Shown in pieces: positions 1 to 8,859 of a stretch of DNA of 22,017 nt. The translations under genes were made by a program, and so were the position numbers. This stretch comes from a virus (Duplodnaviria > Heunggongvirae > Uroviricota > Caudoviricetes), in the IMG/VR virus record IMGVR_UViG_2585427734_000004; one strand, written 5' to 3'. The notes below the pieces were generated by a model. It had not been told where the DNA came from and did no database searches. It saw only the letters and a program-made list of their open reading frames with translations. Numbering within the stretch: position 1 is the stretch's first letter; the number at the start of each line of letters is the position of its first letter.

Positions 1-1053
1 TTACGGGGTAATACCAACCGCTGCCGCCACTTTGTCGCCACTTGGCAGCGTTGCCAGAGGATTGAAACGGAGCGCCGTTTCCAGATGATCCGGTGCCAGA
101 TGAGCGTAACGCATAGTCATTTTTATATCGTGATGTCCGAGGATTTTTTGCAAAGCAAGGATATTTCCACCCGACATCATGAAATGCGCCGCAAACGTAT
201 GGCGCAGAACGTGTGTCAGTTGACCGCGAGGGAGCACGATTGACGTTTTTTCCATCACGGATAAAAATTGAAAATAGCAGTCTGTGAAGAAATTGAACCC
301 ATCAAGCGCCATGATCTCTTCGTAAAGCTCTTTACTGATAGGGATGCTTCTGTTTTTCTTCCCCTTCGTTCTTACAAAGGTAATTCGGTATTTGGTCACC
401 TGTGAGCGGGTAAGATTTACGGCTTCTCGCCAGCGTGCGCCTGTGCTTAAGCATATCTTAACTACCAGTGCCAGAATTGGGTCCTGACGTTTGCAATCAG
501 CCAGTAATTCAACAATCTGCTCATGGGTAAGCCATGCCATCTCTTTTTCTGCGATGGTGAATTTTCGCATGTTCTCCAGTGGGTTCGGATACGACCATTC
601 GCCCAGGCGGGATAGTTCGCTAAAAACACTACTTAGATAGCTTTGCTCCAGGTTAATGGTGACCGGGCTTGCTCCTTTCTTCCATTTCTCGCTGAAGTAG
701 ATCTCACCTGTCAGGCGTTTATCTCGATAGTGGGCAAACATTTTAGAGGTTAGATCAGTTGCAAGGGGATTGCCCAGAGCGTCAACCATCAGCAGCAATT
801 TGTCATAGACATGCTGCCCAGCTGTCAGTGATTTACCATGTAGTTTGAACCATAGCTCAACCACGTCTTTCAGTGTTCGACGATCCACTGATTCACCTAG
901 CCAGGGCTTTGCTTCGGTTTCTTCCATCGTGTGACGCTCAAAAGCCAGTGCTTCGCCTTTGGTGGCGAATTGTTTACGCACACGACGCCCACTTCGTCCG
1001 GCGGGGTAACATTCGCAAAGCCATTTCCCTGTGGTGAGTTTTCGTACTGCCAT
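1..1053 (-). CDS. int: Tyrosine recombinase / phage integrase
   Basis: Minus-strand ORF with C-terminal HVLRHTFAAHF...GHHDIKMTMRYAHL (R, HxxR and Y catalytic box). Start set at internal ATG 1053 (MAVRKLTTGKW...), which has a GGAGGG RBS 9 nt upstream; the 402-aa track ORF is an upstream in-frame extension. Confidence 0.9.
   Translation of the reverse strand: MAVRKLTTGKWLCECYPAGRSGRRVRKQFATKGEALAFERHTMEETEAKPWLGESVDRRTLKDVVELWFKLHGKSLTAGQHVYDKLLLMVDALGNPLATDLTSKMFAHYRDKRLTGEIYFSEKWKKGASPVTINLEQSYLSSVFSELSRLGEWSYPNPLENMRKFTIAEKEMAWLTHEQIVELLADCKRQDPILALVVKICLSTGARWREAVNLTRSQVTKYRITFVRTKGKKNRSIPISKELYEEIMALDGFNFFTDCYFQFLSVMEKTSIVLPRGQLTHVLRHTFAAHFMMSGGNILALQKILGHHDIKMTMRYAHLAPDHLETALRFNPLATLPSGDKVAAAVGITP
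19..40. repeat. Putative attL core (cgctgccgccactttgtcgcca)
   Basis: 21 of 22 positions identical to 19163-19184 in direct orientation. Lies inside the 3' end of int, which is common when int abuts attP. Confidence 0.55.
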
Positions 1054-1241
1054 AAAAAATGCCCTCCAGTGGAGAGCATTTTTACTGTATACATAACCAG
1101 TGTCAATGTATGAAATCCTACGACCATACATCTCACTGAAGCCATAATGAAGTTGGCTATTCTTTTTGCTATGTGAGCATGTAACTTTTGCGGTTAACCT
1201 GCGGCTCATTTTTATTTTAGACGCAGATATAAAAACAAAAG

Positions 1242-1433
1242 TTATCGTGAGTTTTTAGTACAGATTTTTTTGGATTTACTAATAGTTCCATCATTGCAAA
1301 CGAATTTGCCATCTGAGGTACAGTGAGAAACACCTCCCTTTTTCCCTGAGCAGGGATAATTTCTAGCATAGGTAGTTAGTGGGTTTAATAACAAAGAACA
1401 TGACAAAACCACAAAAAATACCTTACCAAGCAT
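1242..1433 (-). CDS. Small secreted cysteine-rich protein (63 aa), hypothetical moron
   Basis: GGGAGG RBS 7 nt upstream of the ATG; N-terminal hydrophobic signal-like segment ([23 protein letters not shown]) followed by 6 Cys; AT-rich, unlike the flanking phage genes. Confidence 0.45.
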   Translation of the reverse strand: MLGKVFFVVLSCSLLLNPLTTYARNYPCSGKKGGVSHCTSDGKFVCNDGTISKSKKICTKNSR

Positions 1434-1448
1434 AGTTTCCTCCCGGTA

Positions 1449-2105
1449 CTATTTAACATACTTGACTGTTAAACTTATAATTTTACCAATTATTTCAATG
1501 TCTTCTATCTTGCATTCGAAGGCTCTGTTTCCACCCTCGACGAAGATTCTTCCACCGGGTAAACGAGTAATGTCACGGATCGTTATTTCGCCATCAATAC
1601 TTATTACCCATTTACCATCACGTATATCATCAAATTCTTTATCACAAATAAATTCAGAATTGTTATCTGTGATGACAAAAGGTTTTTTAAACGTAGAGGG
1701 TAGAAATCCCTTATCAAAAATATAAAAACCGTCTTTCTGCAATGCTCCATCAGACAATAAATATTTTTCTACTTCTATAGTATTTGTATTTGCTGATGCT
1801 TGCTTTGAACCATGCCCTGTTGTTAGCCAATTAAGCGAGGTGCCCGTTTCAAGGGCGCACTGGATTACCCAATCTGCTGGAAAAATATCACGCATATAGC
1901 GCGTTGCCATGGTGCTCTTAGAAACACCTAAATGATCACAGAGAGCCTGACGAGTACCGAACCCATATGCTTCAACTAAACGTTCTATGGCTTTCTTACC
2001 GCCGCTATTGAAATCCACAAGTCCTCCAAAGAAATCCAAAATTCGTTGACAGATTCCAAAAGCGATCTTAAAGTTGAACCAGAAGTGTTCTTTTGGAGCC
2101 TTCAC
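1449..2105 (-). CDS. CI-like immunity repressor (HTH)
   Basis: Transcribed divergently from the early operon, directly upstream of int as in phage 186. HTH-like segment QALCDHLGVSKSTMATRYMRD. Apparent GTG start at 2105. Confidence 0.7.
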   Translation of the reverse strand: MKAPKEHFWFNFKIAFGICQRILDFFGGLVDFNSGGKKAIERLVEAYGFGTRQALCDHLGVSKSTMATRYMRDIFPADWVIQCALETGTSLNWLTTGHGSKQASANTNTIEVEKYLLSDGALQKDGFYIFDKGFLPSTFKKPFVITDNNSEFICDKEFDDIRDGKWVISIDGEITIRDITRLPGGRIFVEGGNRAFECKIEDIEIIGKIISLTVKYVK

Positions 2106-2163
2106 TACTAATCACGACAAACAACGGCTCGCCAAAAGCCATATCTAGAAGGAATGTTGCCTT
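2106..2163. promoter_or_regulatory. Divergent lysis-lysogeny switch region (repressor vs early operon)
   Basis: 58-bp intergenic region between divergent cI-like and apl/cox-like starts; operators not resolved. Confidence 0.4.
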
Positions 2164-2367
2164 ATGACACCTAACATTTCAATTACTCTGAATACACCAC
2201 ATGTCACAATCGAACGTTATAGCGAACTGACTGGCCTTTCTATTGATACGATTAACGACATGTTGGCTGATGGCCGACTACCTCGTCATCGTCTTCGTAA
2301 AGACAAAAAACGTGAAAAGGTAATGATTAACCTGGCTGCTCTGACTGTTGATGCTTTGTCTGCTTAA
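2164..2367 (+). CDS. Apl/Cox-like small DNA-binding regulator / excisionase
   Basis: 67-aa basic protein, first gene of the rightward early operon opposite the repressor. Assignment is by position and size. Confidence 0.55.
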   Translation: MTPNISITLNTPHVTIERYSELTGLSIDTINDMLADGRLPRHRLRKDKKREKVMINLAALTVDALSA

Positions 2368-2431
2368 TAGACGTCTATTTTCGCAATAAGACGCTGAGTT
2401 CGATTTTGCGATAAGTTCGGAGTTGAAAACC

Positions 2432-2941
2432 ATGTTTGATTACCAAGTTTCCAAACATCCACATTTTGATGAAGCCTGTCGTGCATTCGCACTGCGCCAC
2501 AATCTGGTGCAACTGGCAGAACGTGCGGGCATGAATGTGCAGATTCTGCGGAACAAGCTGAACCCAGCTCAACCTCATTTATTAACCGCACCAGAAATCT
2601 GGCTGCTTACCGATCTGACTGAAGATTCAACGTTGGTAGATGGTTTTCTGGCACAGATTCATTGTCTGCCATGTGTACCGATTAATGAGGTAGCAAAAGA
2701 GAAACTGCCACATTACGTCATGAGTGCAACCGCAGAGATCGGGCGTGTTGCTGCAGGTGCGGTATCTGGCGATGTAAAAACCAGTGCAGGTCGTCGTGAT
2801 GCTATCAGCAGCATTAACTCTGTAACACGACTGATGGCGCTGGCGGCTGTTTCATTGCAGGCCCGTTTACAGGCTAATCCTGCGATGGCGAGTGCAGTTG
2901 ATACCGTGACTGGCCTCGGTGCTTCATTCGGTTTGCTGTGA
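2432..2941 (+). CDS. CII-like regulatory protein
   Basis: ORF after apl; ATG at 2432 with GGAG RBS (the track start at 2423 is TTG). Position and size match 186 CII. Confidence 0.55.
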   Translation: MFDYQVSKHPHFDEACRAFALRHNLVQLAERAGMNVQILRNKLNPAQPHLLTAPEIWLLTDLTEDSTLVDGFLAQIHCLPCVPINEVAKEKLPHYVMSATAEIGRVAAGAVSGDVKTSAGRRDAISSINSVTRLMALAAVSLQARLQANPAMASAVDTVTGLGASFGLL

Positions 2942-2948
2942 GGTGCTT

Positions 2949-3245
2949 ATGCTGACGAAAGAACCATCATTTGCATCGCTGCTGGTAAAACAAAGCCCGG
3001 CAATGCACTACGGTCACGGCTGGATCATGGGTGAGGATGGTAAACGCTGGCATCCGTGCCGTTCACAAGATGAATTGCTGTCTGAATTGACCACGGGGAA
3101 ACGGAGAAAGTCAAAATGTATGCAGCGGAAAGTGAAGTGGATTATCAGTTTCGTTACAGAGGGGAGAGTTATTCAGTACCTGAAGATGATTTGCTCTGTT
3201 GTTATCCGTCGTTGTCGGGCGATGGCAGTTACTTTTTCACGCTAA
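2949..3245 (+). CDS. Hypothetical early protein (its 3' part overlaps the next ORF in another frame)
   Basis: ATG 2949 with GTGAGG RBS. The first ~55 aa look protein-like; the remainder overlaps ORF 3116-3340 and looks like an out-of-frame read. Confidence 0.3.
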   Translation: MLTKEPSFASLLVKQSPAMHYGHGWIMGEDGKRWHPCRSQDELLSELTTGKRRKSKCMQRKVKWIISFVTEGRVIQYLKMICSVVIRRCRAMAVTFSR

Positions 3246-3340
3246 AGGATGGGACGTTTTTACGGGGAGAGCAGGTTAAAGAGACGATACGAAAAAATGT
3301 ATCTCCTCTTGAACGTTACCGTAAGAACAAAGAACGATAG
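3116..3340 (+). CDS. Hypothetical small acidic early protein
   Basis: 74-aa ORF with GGAG upstream and natural composition; sits where fil/orf78-like genes lie in P2/186. Confidence 0.45.
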   Translation: MYAAESEVDYQFRYRGESYSVPEDDLLCCYPSLSGDGSYFFTLKDGTFLRGEQVKETIRKNVSPLERYRKNKER

Positions 3341-3362
3341 TTGCGTTTTGGGGATATGAATT

Positions 3363-3704
3363 ATGGCAATTAATGGCGCTGCGGCGACTGTTCCATTAAG
3401 CCCCGGTGAACGCCTGAATGGACTTAATCACATTGCGGAGTTAAGGGCGAAAGTTTTTGGCCTGAATATTGAGTCAGAGCTTGAGCGGTTTATTAAAGAT
3501 ATGCGTGATCCACGGGATATCAATAGCGAACAAAATAAACGGGCACTGGCTGCCATATTCTTTATGGCAAAAATTCCAGCTGAACGTCATAGCATCAGCA
3601 TTAATGAGCTGACCACTGACGAAAAGCGGGAGTTGATTAAAGCAATGAATCATTTTCGTGCAGTGGTGAGCTTATTTCCCAGACGGCTAACCATGCCGAA
3701 TTAA
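3363..3704 (+). CDS. Hypothetical phage early protein
   Basis: 113-aa ORF with RBS, in the same operon. Confidence 0.55.
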   Translation: MAINGAAATVPLSPGERLNGLNHIAELRAKVFGLNIESELERFIKDMRDPRDINSEQNKRALAAIFFMAKIPAERHSISINELTTDEKRELIKAMNHFRAVVSLFPRRLTMPN

Positions 3705-3771
3705 CCAGCTAATGAAATTAATGGCGTAAACCCGCCGGGCATCCCTTTATCTAAATTCAGGAGAATTGATT

Positions 3772-4005
3772 ATGCGTAATATTGAAACCCTCACGACTAA
3801 AACCGGACCGGATGACGCAGGGCTTAATATTTTACTGACAGAGGCTCGTCTGGAAGAACGCCGGGCAAGGGCTGAAGCAATGGCTGCCCGCCTTGATAGT
3901 CTTGCGTGTCATATCACATCCCGCCAGCTAAACCACGTCGAAGCGGCAGAACTGCTGCGTGTGACCGCTGAAGCAATCCAGAACGAAGCGCAGGAGATCC
4001 ACTAA
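3772..4005 (+). CDS. Hypothetical phage protein (DUF2732-like)
   Basis: ATG 3772 preceded by CAGGAG; helical, Ala/Glu-rich small protein; its stop overlaps the next start (TAATG). Confidence 0.55.
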   Translation: MRNIETLTTKTGPDDAGLNILLTEARLEERRARAEAMAARLDSLACHITSRQLNHVEAAELLRVTAEAIQNEAQEIH

Positions 4006-4232
4006 TGGCTGATGCAATGGATCTCGTACAGCAGCGCGTTGAAGAAGAACGCCAGCGCCATATCCGTGCTGCCCGTGCCAAAACACCGGGCGTGTCTCGC
4101 GTGCTTTGCATTGAATGTGATGCGCCAATTCCGCCAGCACGCCGCCGCGCCATTCCAGGAGTGCAGCTTTGCATTACCTGTCAGGAAATCGCAGAGCTGA
4201 AAGGCAAACATTACGACGGAGGTGCTGTATGA
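4005..4232 (+). CDS. TraR/DksA-family C4 zinc-finger protein
   Basis: C-terminal CIECDAPIP...x17...CITCQ pair of CxxC motifs; typical P2 orf82-like position just before gene A. Confidence 0.75.
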   Translation: MADAMDLVQQRVEEERQRHIRAARAKTPGVSRVLCIECDAPIPPARRRAIPGVQLCITCQEIAELKGKHYDGGAV

Positions 4233-4531
4233 CAGGGGCTGTGCGTATCCATCAATTAAAAATTGCACCTAAGTATTTCAACGCTGTGGTTGCAGGTCAA
4301 AAGACGGCTGAACTTCGTAAAGACGATCGTGGCTATAAAGTTGGTGATGTTCTTTCTCTTTGCGAATGGAAGCATGGCGTATTTACGGGTAGGGAATGGG
4401 CCGCGGTTATCTCTCATGTGCTTCCGGTTAATGACGTGATGGCAGTTTCAGAACAATGGGTGATGCTATCAATTCGCTCATTAACCCCATTAGAAGCTTT
4501 AGGATATGTTATTGCAGGAGGTGCTGTATGA
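4229..4531 (+). CDS. DUF3850 / ASCH-like (PUA-fold) protein
   Basis: N-terminus [33 protein letters not shown] resembles the DUF3850 signature; ATG overlaps the upstream stop (ATGA). Confidence 0.6.
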   Translation: MTGAVRIHQLKIAPKYFNAVVAGQKTAELRKDDRGYKVGDVLSLCEWKHGVFTGREWAAVISHVLPVNDVMAVSEQWVMLSIRSLTPLEALGYVIAGGAV

Positions 4532-5385
4532 GCACCATCCTGAAATGGGCGGGTAATAAAACCACCATTATGTCCGAACTGAAAAAATACCTTCCTGCTG
4601 GCACGCGACTGGTTGAACCTTTCGCGGGTTCTTGTGCTGTGATGATGGAGACGGATTACCCCAGCTATCTGGTTGCGGATATTAATCCTGATTTAATCAA
4701 CCTCTATAAAAAGGTTGCTGCTGATTGTGAGGCGTTTATATCTCGTGCCAGAGCTTTATTTGAGGAAGCAAACAGAGAGGTGGCTTATTACAACATAAGG
4801 CAGGAGTTTAATTACTCCACTGAAATTACTGATTTCATGAAAGCGGTATATTTTCTGTATCTCAATCGTCATGGTTACCGTGGGCTATGTCGCTATAACA
4901 AGAGCGGGTATTTCAACATTCCCTACGGTAATTATAAAAATCCGTATTTCCCTGAAAAAGAAATTCGCGCATTTGCAGAGAAAGCCCAGCGGGCAACGTT
5001 TATCTGCGCCAGCTTTGATGAAACGCTGGCGATGTTGAAGGCGGGGGATGTGGTGTATTGCGATCCGCCTTATGACGGTACGTTTTCCGGCTATCACACT
5101 GATGGCTTCACTGAAGATGACCAGTATCACCTGGCATCCGTTCTTGAACATCGATCATCTGAAGGTCATCCGGTCATTGTTTCTAACAGTGACACATCCC
5201 TGATCCGTTCGCTGTATCGCAATTTTACTCACCACTACATCAAGGCAAAACGCAGCATCGGCGTGGCAGCTGGTGAGAGTAAATCTGCAACAGAAATCAT
5301 CGCTGTTTCCGGGCCGCGCTGCTGGGTAGGATTTGATCCTTCGCGTGGCGTGGATTGTTCCGTCGTGTACGGAGTGCGTGCATGA
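4528..5385 (+). CDS. dam: DNA adenine methyltransferase (Dam-like, N6-adenine MTase)
   Basis: LKWAGNK...[12 protein letters not shown]-binding motif and DPPY catalytic motif; start overlaps the upstream stop. Confidence 0.85.
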   Translation: MSTILKWAGNKTTIMSELKKYLPAGTRLVEPFAGSCAVMMETDYPSYLVADINPDLINLYKKVAADCEAFISRARALFEEANREVAYYNIRQEFNYSTEITDFMKAVYFLYLNRHGYRGLCRYNKSGYFNIPYGNYKNPYFPEKEIRAFAEKAQRATFICASFDETLAMLKAGDVVYCDPPYDGTFSGYHTDGFTEDDQYHLASVLEHRSSEGHPVIVSNSDTSLIRSLYRNFTHHYIKAKRSIGVAAGESKSATEIIAVSGPRCWVGFDPSRGVDCSVVYGVRA

Positions 5386-7796
5386 GCCATGCTGATATGA
5401 ACAACTGCAGCGGCTTTAACGAGGTCGCCGCAGCATTCTCATGGAACAGCCCGAAAAAGGCCATTAACCCTTATCTGGACCCGGCGGAAGTTGCGCCGGT
5501 TTCTGCGCTTTCAAACCTGATCACTCTGTACGCTGCCGATAACGAGCAGGAACAACTGCGCCGCGAGGCACTGAGTGATCAGGTCTGGGAGCGTTATTTC
5601 TTTAATGAATCCCGTGATCCTGTCCAACGCGAAATGGAGCAGGATAAGCTAATTAGCCGGGCAAAGCTGGCGCATGAGCAGCAGCGTTTTAATCCAGACA
5701 TGGCCATTCTGGCGGACGTCAACGCCCAGCCTTCCCATATCAGCAAGCCGCTGATGCAACGTATTAAATACTTCAGCAGCCTGGGCAGGCCAAAGGCTTA
5801 TTCCCGCTATTTGCGTGAGACGATTAAGCCATGCTTGGAACGACTGGAGCATGTACGCGACAGTCAGCTATCCACTTCTTTTCGCTTTATGGCAAGCCAT
5901 GAAGGGCTGGACGGCCTGCTGATCCTGCCTGAAATGAGTCAGGATCAGGTGAAACGCCTGTCCACCTTGGTAGCTGCGCATATGAGCATGTGCCTTGATA
6001 CAGCTTGTGGCGATTTGTATGCCACCGATGATGTTACGCCAGAAGAAATCCGCAAGACATGGGAAAAGGTGGCAGCGGAAACCCTGCGTCTGGATGTTAT
6101 CCCGCCTGCGTTTGAGCAACTCTGTCGGAAAAGAAACCGCCGTAAACCCGTGCCTTATGAACTCATTCCGGGTTCGCTGGCGCGTATGTTATGCGCCGAC
6201 TGGTGGTATCGGAAATTATGGAAGATGCGTTGCGAATGGCGGGAAGAGCAGTTGCGTGCTGTTTGCCTGGTCAGCAAAAAAGCATCTCCCTATGTCAGCT
6301 ATGAAGCTGTGATGCATAAACGTGAGCAGCGCCGTAAGTCGCTGGAGTTTTTCCGTTCTCATGAACTGGTGAACGAAGACGGCGACACGCTGGATATGGA
6401 AGACGTGGTAAACGCCAGCAGCAGCAACCCTGCGCATCGCCGCAATGAGATGATGGCCTGTGTTAAAGGTCTGGAGCTTATCGCGGAAATGCGTGGTGAC
6501 TGCGCCGTTTTCTACACCATCACCTGTCCGTCACGTTTCCATTCCACGCTAAATAACGGCAGGCCCAACCCGACCTGGACAAATGCGACGGTAAGACAAA
6601 GCAGTGATTATCTGGTCGGTATGTTTGCTGCATTTCGTAAGGCGATGCACAAAGCCGGATTACGCTGGTATGGCGTGCGGGTGGCTGAGCCGCATCATGA
6701 CGGTACAGTTCACTGGCACCTGTTGTGTTTTATGCGCAAAAAAGATCGCCGCGCCATTACTGCTTTGTTGCGTAAGTTTGCCATTCGTGAAGACCGCGAG
6801 GAGCTGGGTAATAACACGGAACCACGCTTTAAGTCTGAGCTGATAAACCCGCGCAAAGGTACGCCAACAAGCTACATCGCGAAATACATCAGTAAGAACA
6901 TTGACGGGCGTGGTCTGGCTGGCGAGATCAGCAAGGAAACGGGTAAATCCCTGCGTGATAACGCCGAATACGTTAATGTCTGGGCGTCTCTGCATCGTGT
7001 TCAGCAATTCCGCTTCTTTGGCATTCCGGGGCGTCAGGCTTACCGTGAACTGCGATTGCTGGCTGGTCAGGCGGCAAGGCAACAGGGTGACAAAAAAGCA
7101 GGTGCGCCGGTACTGGATAACCCGCGTCTTGATGCCATTCTGGCTGCTGCGGATGCTGGTTGTTTTGCCACCTACATCATGAAGCAGGGCGGCGTACTGG
7201 TTCCCCGTAAATATCACCTCATCAGAACCGCTTATGAAATCAACGAAGAGCCGACCGCCTATGGCGATCACGGCATTCGTATTTATGGCATCTGGTCACC
7301 CATTGCAGAGGGCAAGATCTGCACTCATGCAGTGAAGTGGAAAATGGTTCGTAAAGCCGTTGACGTTCAGGAGGCGGCAGCCGACCAGGGCGCTTGCGCC
7401 CCTTGGACTCGTGGCAATAACTGTCCCCTTGCTGAAAATTTGAACCAACAGGAGAAAGATAAATCAGCTGATGGGGACACTAGAACGGACATTACCCGCA
7501 TGGATGACAAGGAGTTGCACGATTACCTGCACAGTATGAGCAAAAAAGAGCGCCGGGAACTGGCAGCAAGGTTACGCCAGGTGAAGCCGAAAAGGCGTAA
7601 AGACTACAAACAGCGAATTACAGATCATCAGCATCAGCAGCTCGTCTATGAACTGAAGTCCAGAGGATTTGATGGCAGCGAGAAAGAGGTCGATTTACTC
7701 CTTCGCGGTGGCAGTATTCCGTCAGGAGCAGGCCTGCGTATCTTCTATCGGAACCAGCGTTTGCAGGAAGATGATAAGTGGCGGAACCTGTATTAA
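5382..7796 (+). CDS. A: Replication initiation protein gpA (rolling-circle, HUH endonuclease)
   Basis: ~804-aa ORF. HUH-like VHWHLL motif and paired tyrosines SYIAKYISK, as in P2 gpA; start ATG 5382 overlaps the dam stop. Confidence 0.85.
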   Translation: MSHADMNNCSGFNEVAAAFSWNSPKKAINPYLDPAEVAPVSALSNLITLYAADNEQEQLRREALSDQVWERYFFNESRDPVQREMEQDKLISRAKLAHEQQRFNPDMAILADVNAQPSHISKPLMQRIKYFSSLGRPKAYSRYLRETIKPCLERLEHVRDSQLSTSFRFMASHEGLDGLLILPEMSQDQVKRLSTLVAAHMSMCLDTACGDLYATDDVTPEEIRKTWEKVAAETLRLDVIPPAFEQLCRKRNRRKPVPYELIPGSLARMLCADWWYRKLWKMRCEWREEQLRAVCLVSKKASPYVSYEAVMHKREQRRKSLEFFRSHELVNEDGDTLDMEDVVNASSSNPAHRRNEMMACVKGLELIAEMRGDCAVFYTITCPSRFHSTLNNGRPNPTWTNATVRQSSDYLVGMFAAFRKAMHKAGLRWYGVRVAEPHHDGTVHWHLLCFMRKKDRRAITALLRKFAIREDREELGNNTEPRFKSELINPRKGTPTSYIAKYISKNIDGRGLAGEISKETGKSLRDNAEYVNVWASLHRVQQFRFFGIPGRQAYRELRLLAGQAARQQGDKKAGAPVLDNPRLDAILAAADAGCFATYIMKQGGVLVPRKYHLIRTAYEINEEPTAYGDHGIRIYGIWSPIAEGKICTHAVKWKMVRKAVDVQEAAADQGACAPWTRGNNCPLAENLNQQEKDKSADGDTRTDITRMDDKELHDYLHSMSKKERRELAARLRQVKPKRRKDYKQRITDHQHQQLVYELKSRGFDGSEKEVDLLLRGGSIPSGAGLRIFYRNQRLQEDDKWRNLY

Positions 7797-7888
7797 TTAC
7801 GCAGGTTAACAATTCGTGCTCTTAATAATACCAGGCATATCAGGCTGATGAACGTAAAAAAACGTTTTACATCAGTAAGATTATTATA

Positions 7889-7908
7889 TACTGTAAATAT
7901 AAACAGTG
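7889..7908 (+). promoter_or_regulatory. LexA (SOS) box TACTGTAAATATAAACAGTG
   Basis: CTGT-N8-ACAG with an AT-rich spacer, in an AT-rich promoter region about 40 bp upstream of the ORF at 7950. Confidence 0.65.
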
Positions 7909-7949
7909 GTTATGTATACAGTATTGCTTGTGGTGTTATAGGAGGAAAG

Positions 7950-8138
7950 ATGCAGGACTATTTTTTGGAGTCTTTGAAGCTCCAGCGCATTGATTTTTTT
8001 CTTAAGCTTGTAGCGGCTAGTGAATGTAGTGATGAAGAGAAAGGGCTGGCTCTGCAGTGGGTTTCTGAACTGACAGATGAACTCATGGCAAAAATCAGAA
8101 CCCACGAATACAACCGCTCAATGGATGTCATCAGCTGA
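7950..8138 (+). CDS. SOS-controlled small protein, possible Tum-like antirepressor N-terminal part
   Basis: ATG 7950 with GGAGG RBS, downstream of the LexA box. 186 tum occupies this position after gene A; identity is inferred from position. Confidence 0.4.
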   Translation: MQDYFLESLKLQRIDFFLKLVAASECSDEEKGLALQWVSELTDELMAKIRTHEYNRSMDVIS

Positions 8139-8148
8139 GGTGACTTTT

Positions 8149-8382
8149 ATGCGCATTGAAATAATGATCGATAAAGAGCAGAAGATTAGCCAGTCTACCC
8201 TGGACGCCCTTGAATCCGAGCTTTACCGCAATCTGCGCCCCCTGTATCCCAAAACGGTAATTCGCATTCGCAAAGGTAGCTCTAACGGTGTGGAACTGAC
8301 CGGACTGCAACTGGACGAAGAAAGAAAACAAGTGATGAAAATTATGCAGAAAGTGTGGGAAGACGACAGCTGGCTGCATTAA
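8149..8382 (+). CDS. DinI-like protein
   Basis: MRIEIMIDKEQ...LDALESEL...VWEDDSWLH follows the E. coli DinI pattern (MRIEVTIAK...IDALAGEL...TWESADDW); GAGGTGA RBS. Confidence 0.8.
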   Translation: MRIEIMIDKEQKISQSTLDALESELYRNLRPLYPKTVIRIRKGSSNGVELTGLQLDEERKQVMKIMQKVWEDDSWLH

Positions 8383-8516
8383 GAAACGTTGCTGGCGTCT
8401 GAACTTGCTTCTGGCGCCAGCAAGGTTGAACAACGAGCCGTGCGAGGCGTTAGCTCTGTGGTGCATGTCTATGCCGCATGAGATCGCATGATCGTTTGAG
8501 GATCGTTTTTGCTAAG

Positions 8517-8540
8517 GCCCGCCAGAACTGTCGGGCTTTT
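8517..8540 (+). terminator. Weak intrinsic terminator-like hairpin
   Basis: gcccg-N10-cgggc followed by TTTT; short stem, so low confidence. Confidence 0.3.
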
Positions 8541-8585
8541 GCGTAGATCATGCAGGTGCATGAAAACCACTACATAAAGCGGGCA

Positions 8586-8605
8586 GGCGTGGCGGGGATA
8601 CGAGC
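8586..8605. other. Possible cos-site remnant
   Basis: GGCGTGGCGGGGA matches, from memory, the first 13 nt of the 186/P2 19-nt cohesive end; the next 6 nt diverge. Not verified against a reference. Confidence 0.3.
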
Positions 8606-8612
8606 GCGCGCC

Positions 8613-8641
8613 TTGCCTTATATCTATTTGTTCATTAAAAT
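8613..8641 (+). promoter_or_regulatory. Putative sigma70 promoter for the retron ncRNA/RT operon
   Basis: TTGCCT (8613-8618), 17-bp spacer, TAAAAT (8636-8641). Confidence 0.3.
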
Positions 8642-8647
8642 CATTAT

Positions 8648-8850
8648 GCTCTTTAGTGTAGGAACATTGGTTCCAGCCGGGTGATTAGCCAGGCTTAAAT
8701 TTATTGTCCGGTTTAGGGTTGCGAAAGACACAGATTTCTCCTTCGCATCCCTGCCCGGGGCAGATATGCGAAGGAGAAATCTGTGTCTTTCGCTGTCTTT
8801 AGTGAAGAGTCAAAGCGCTATGTAAAGTTGCATAGCGCTTTGGTTTTAAG
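8648..8850 (+). ncRNA. Candidate retron msr-msd non-coding RNA
   Basis: Structured non-coding region immediately 5' of the RT: small hairpin ggaac-attg-gttcc (8661-8674), the 73-nt perfect palindrome (8721-8793) and a 12-bp-stem hairpin (8811-8842). Boundaries and the a1/a2 repeats are not resolved. Confidence 0.5.
8721..8793. repeat. Perfect 28-bp inverted repeat with nested ctgccc/gggcag palindrome (73-nt hairpin)
   Basis: 8721-8748 gcgaaagacacagatttctccttcgcat is the exact reverse complement of 8766-8793; read directly from the sequence. Confidence 0.9.
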
Positions 8851-8859
8851 AGGGGTTAT

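Noticed and set aside
5649-7271. Minus-strand ORFs of 67-203 aa inside gene A (5649-5852, 5868-6119, 6216-6437, 6660-7271)
   Set aside because: Entirely antisense to a well-supported 800-aa gene, no RBS context, compositionally biased translations typical of GC-rich antisense frames.
8389-8423. Inverted repeat ttgctggcg...cgccagcaa after the DinI-like gene as an intrinsic terminator
   Set aside because: Stem is present but no downstream T-tract; may be a regulatory or RNA-stability hairpin, not called as a terminator.
8650-8804. 9-bp repeat tctttagtg on both sides of the palindrome as the retron a1/a2 pair
   Set aside because: The repeats are direct, not inverted, so they cannot form the a1/a2 stem; could be chance. 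Kept only as a note in the palindrome finding.
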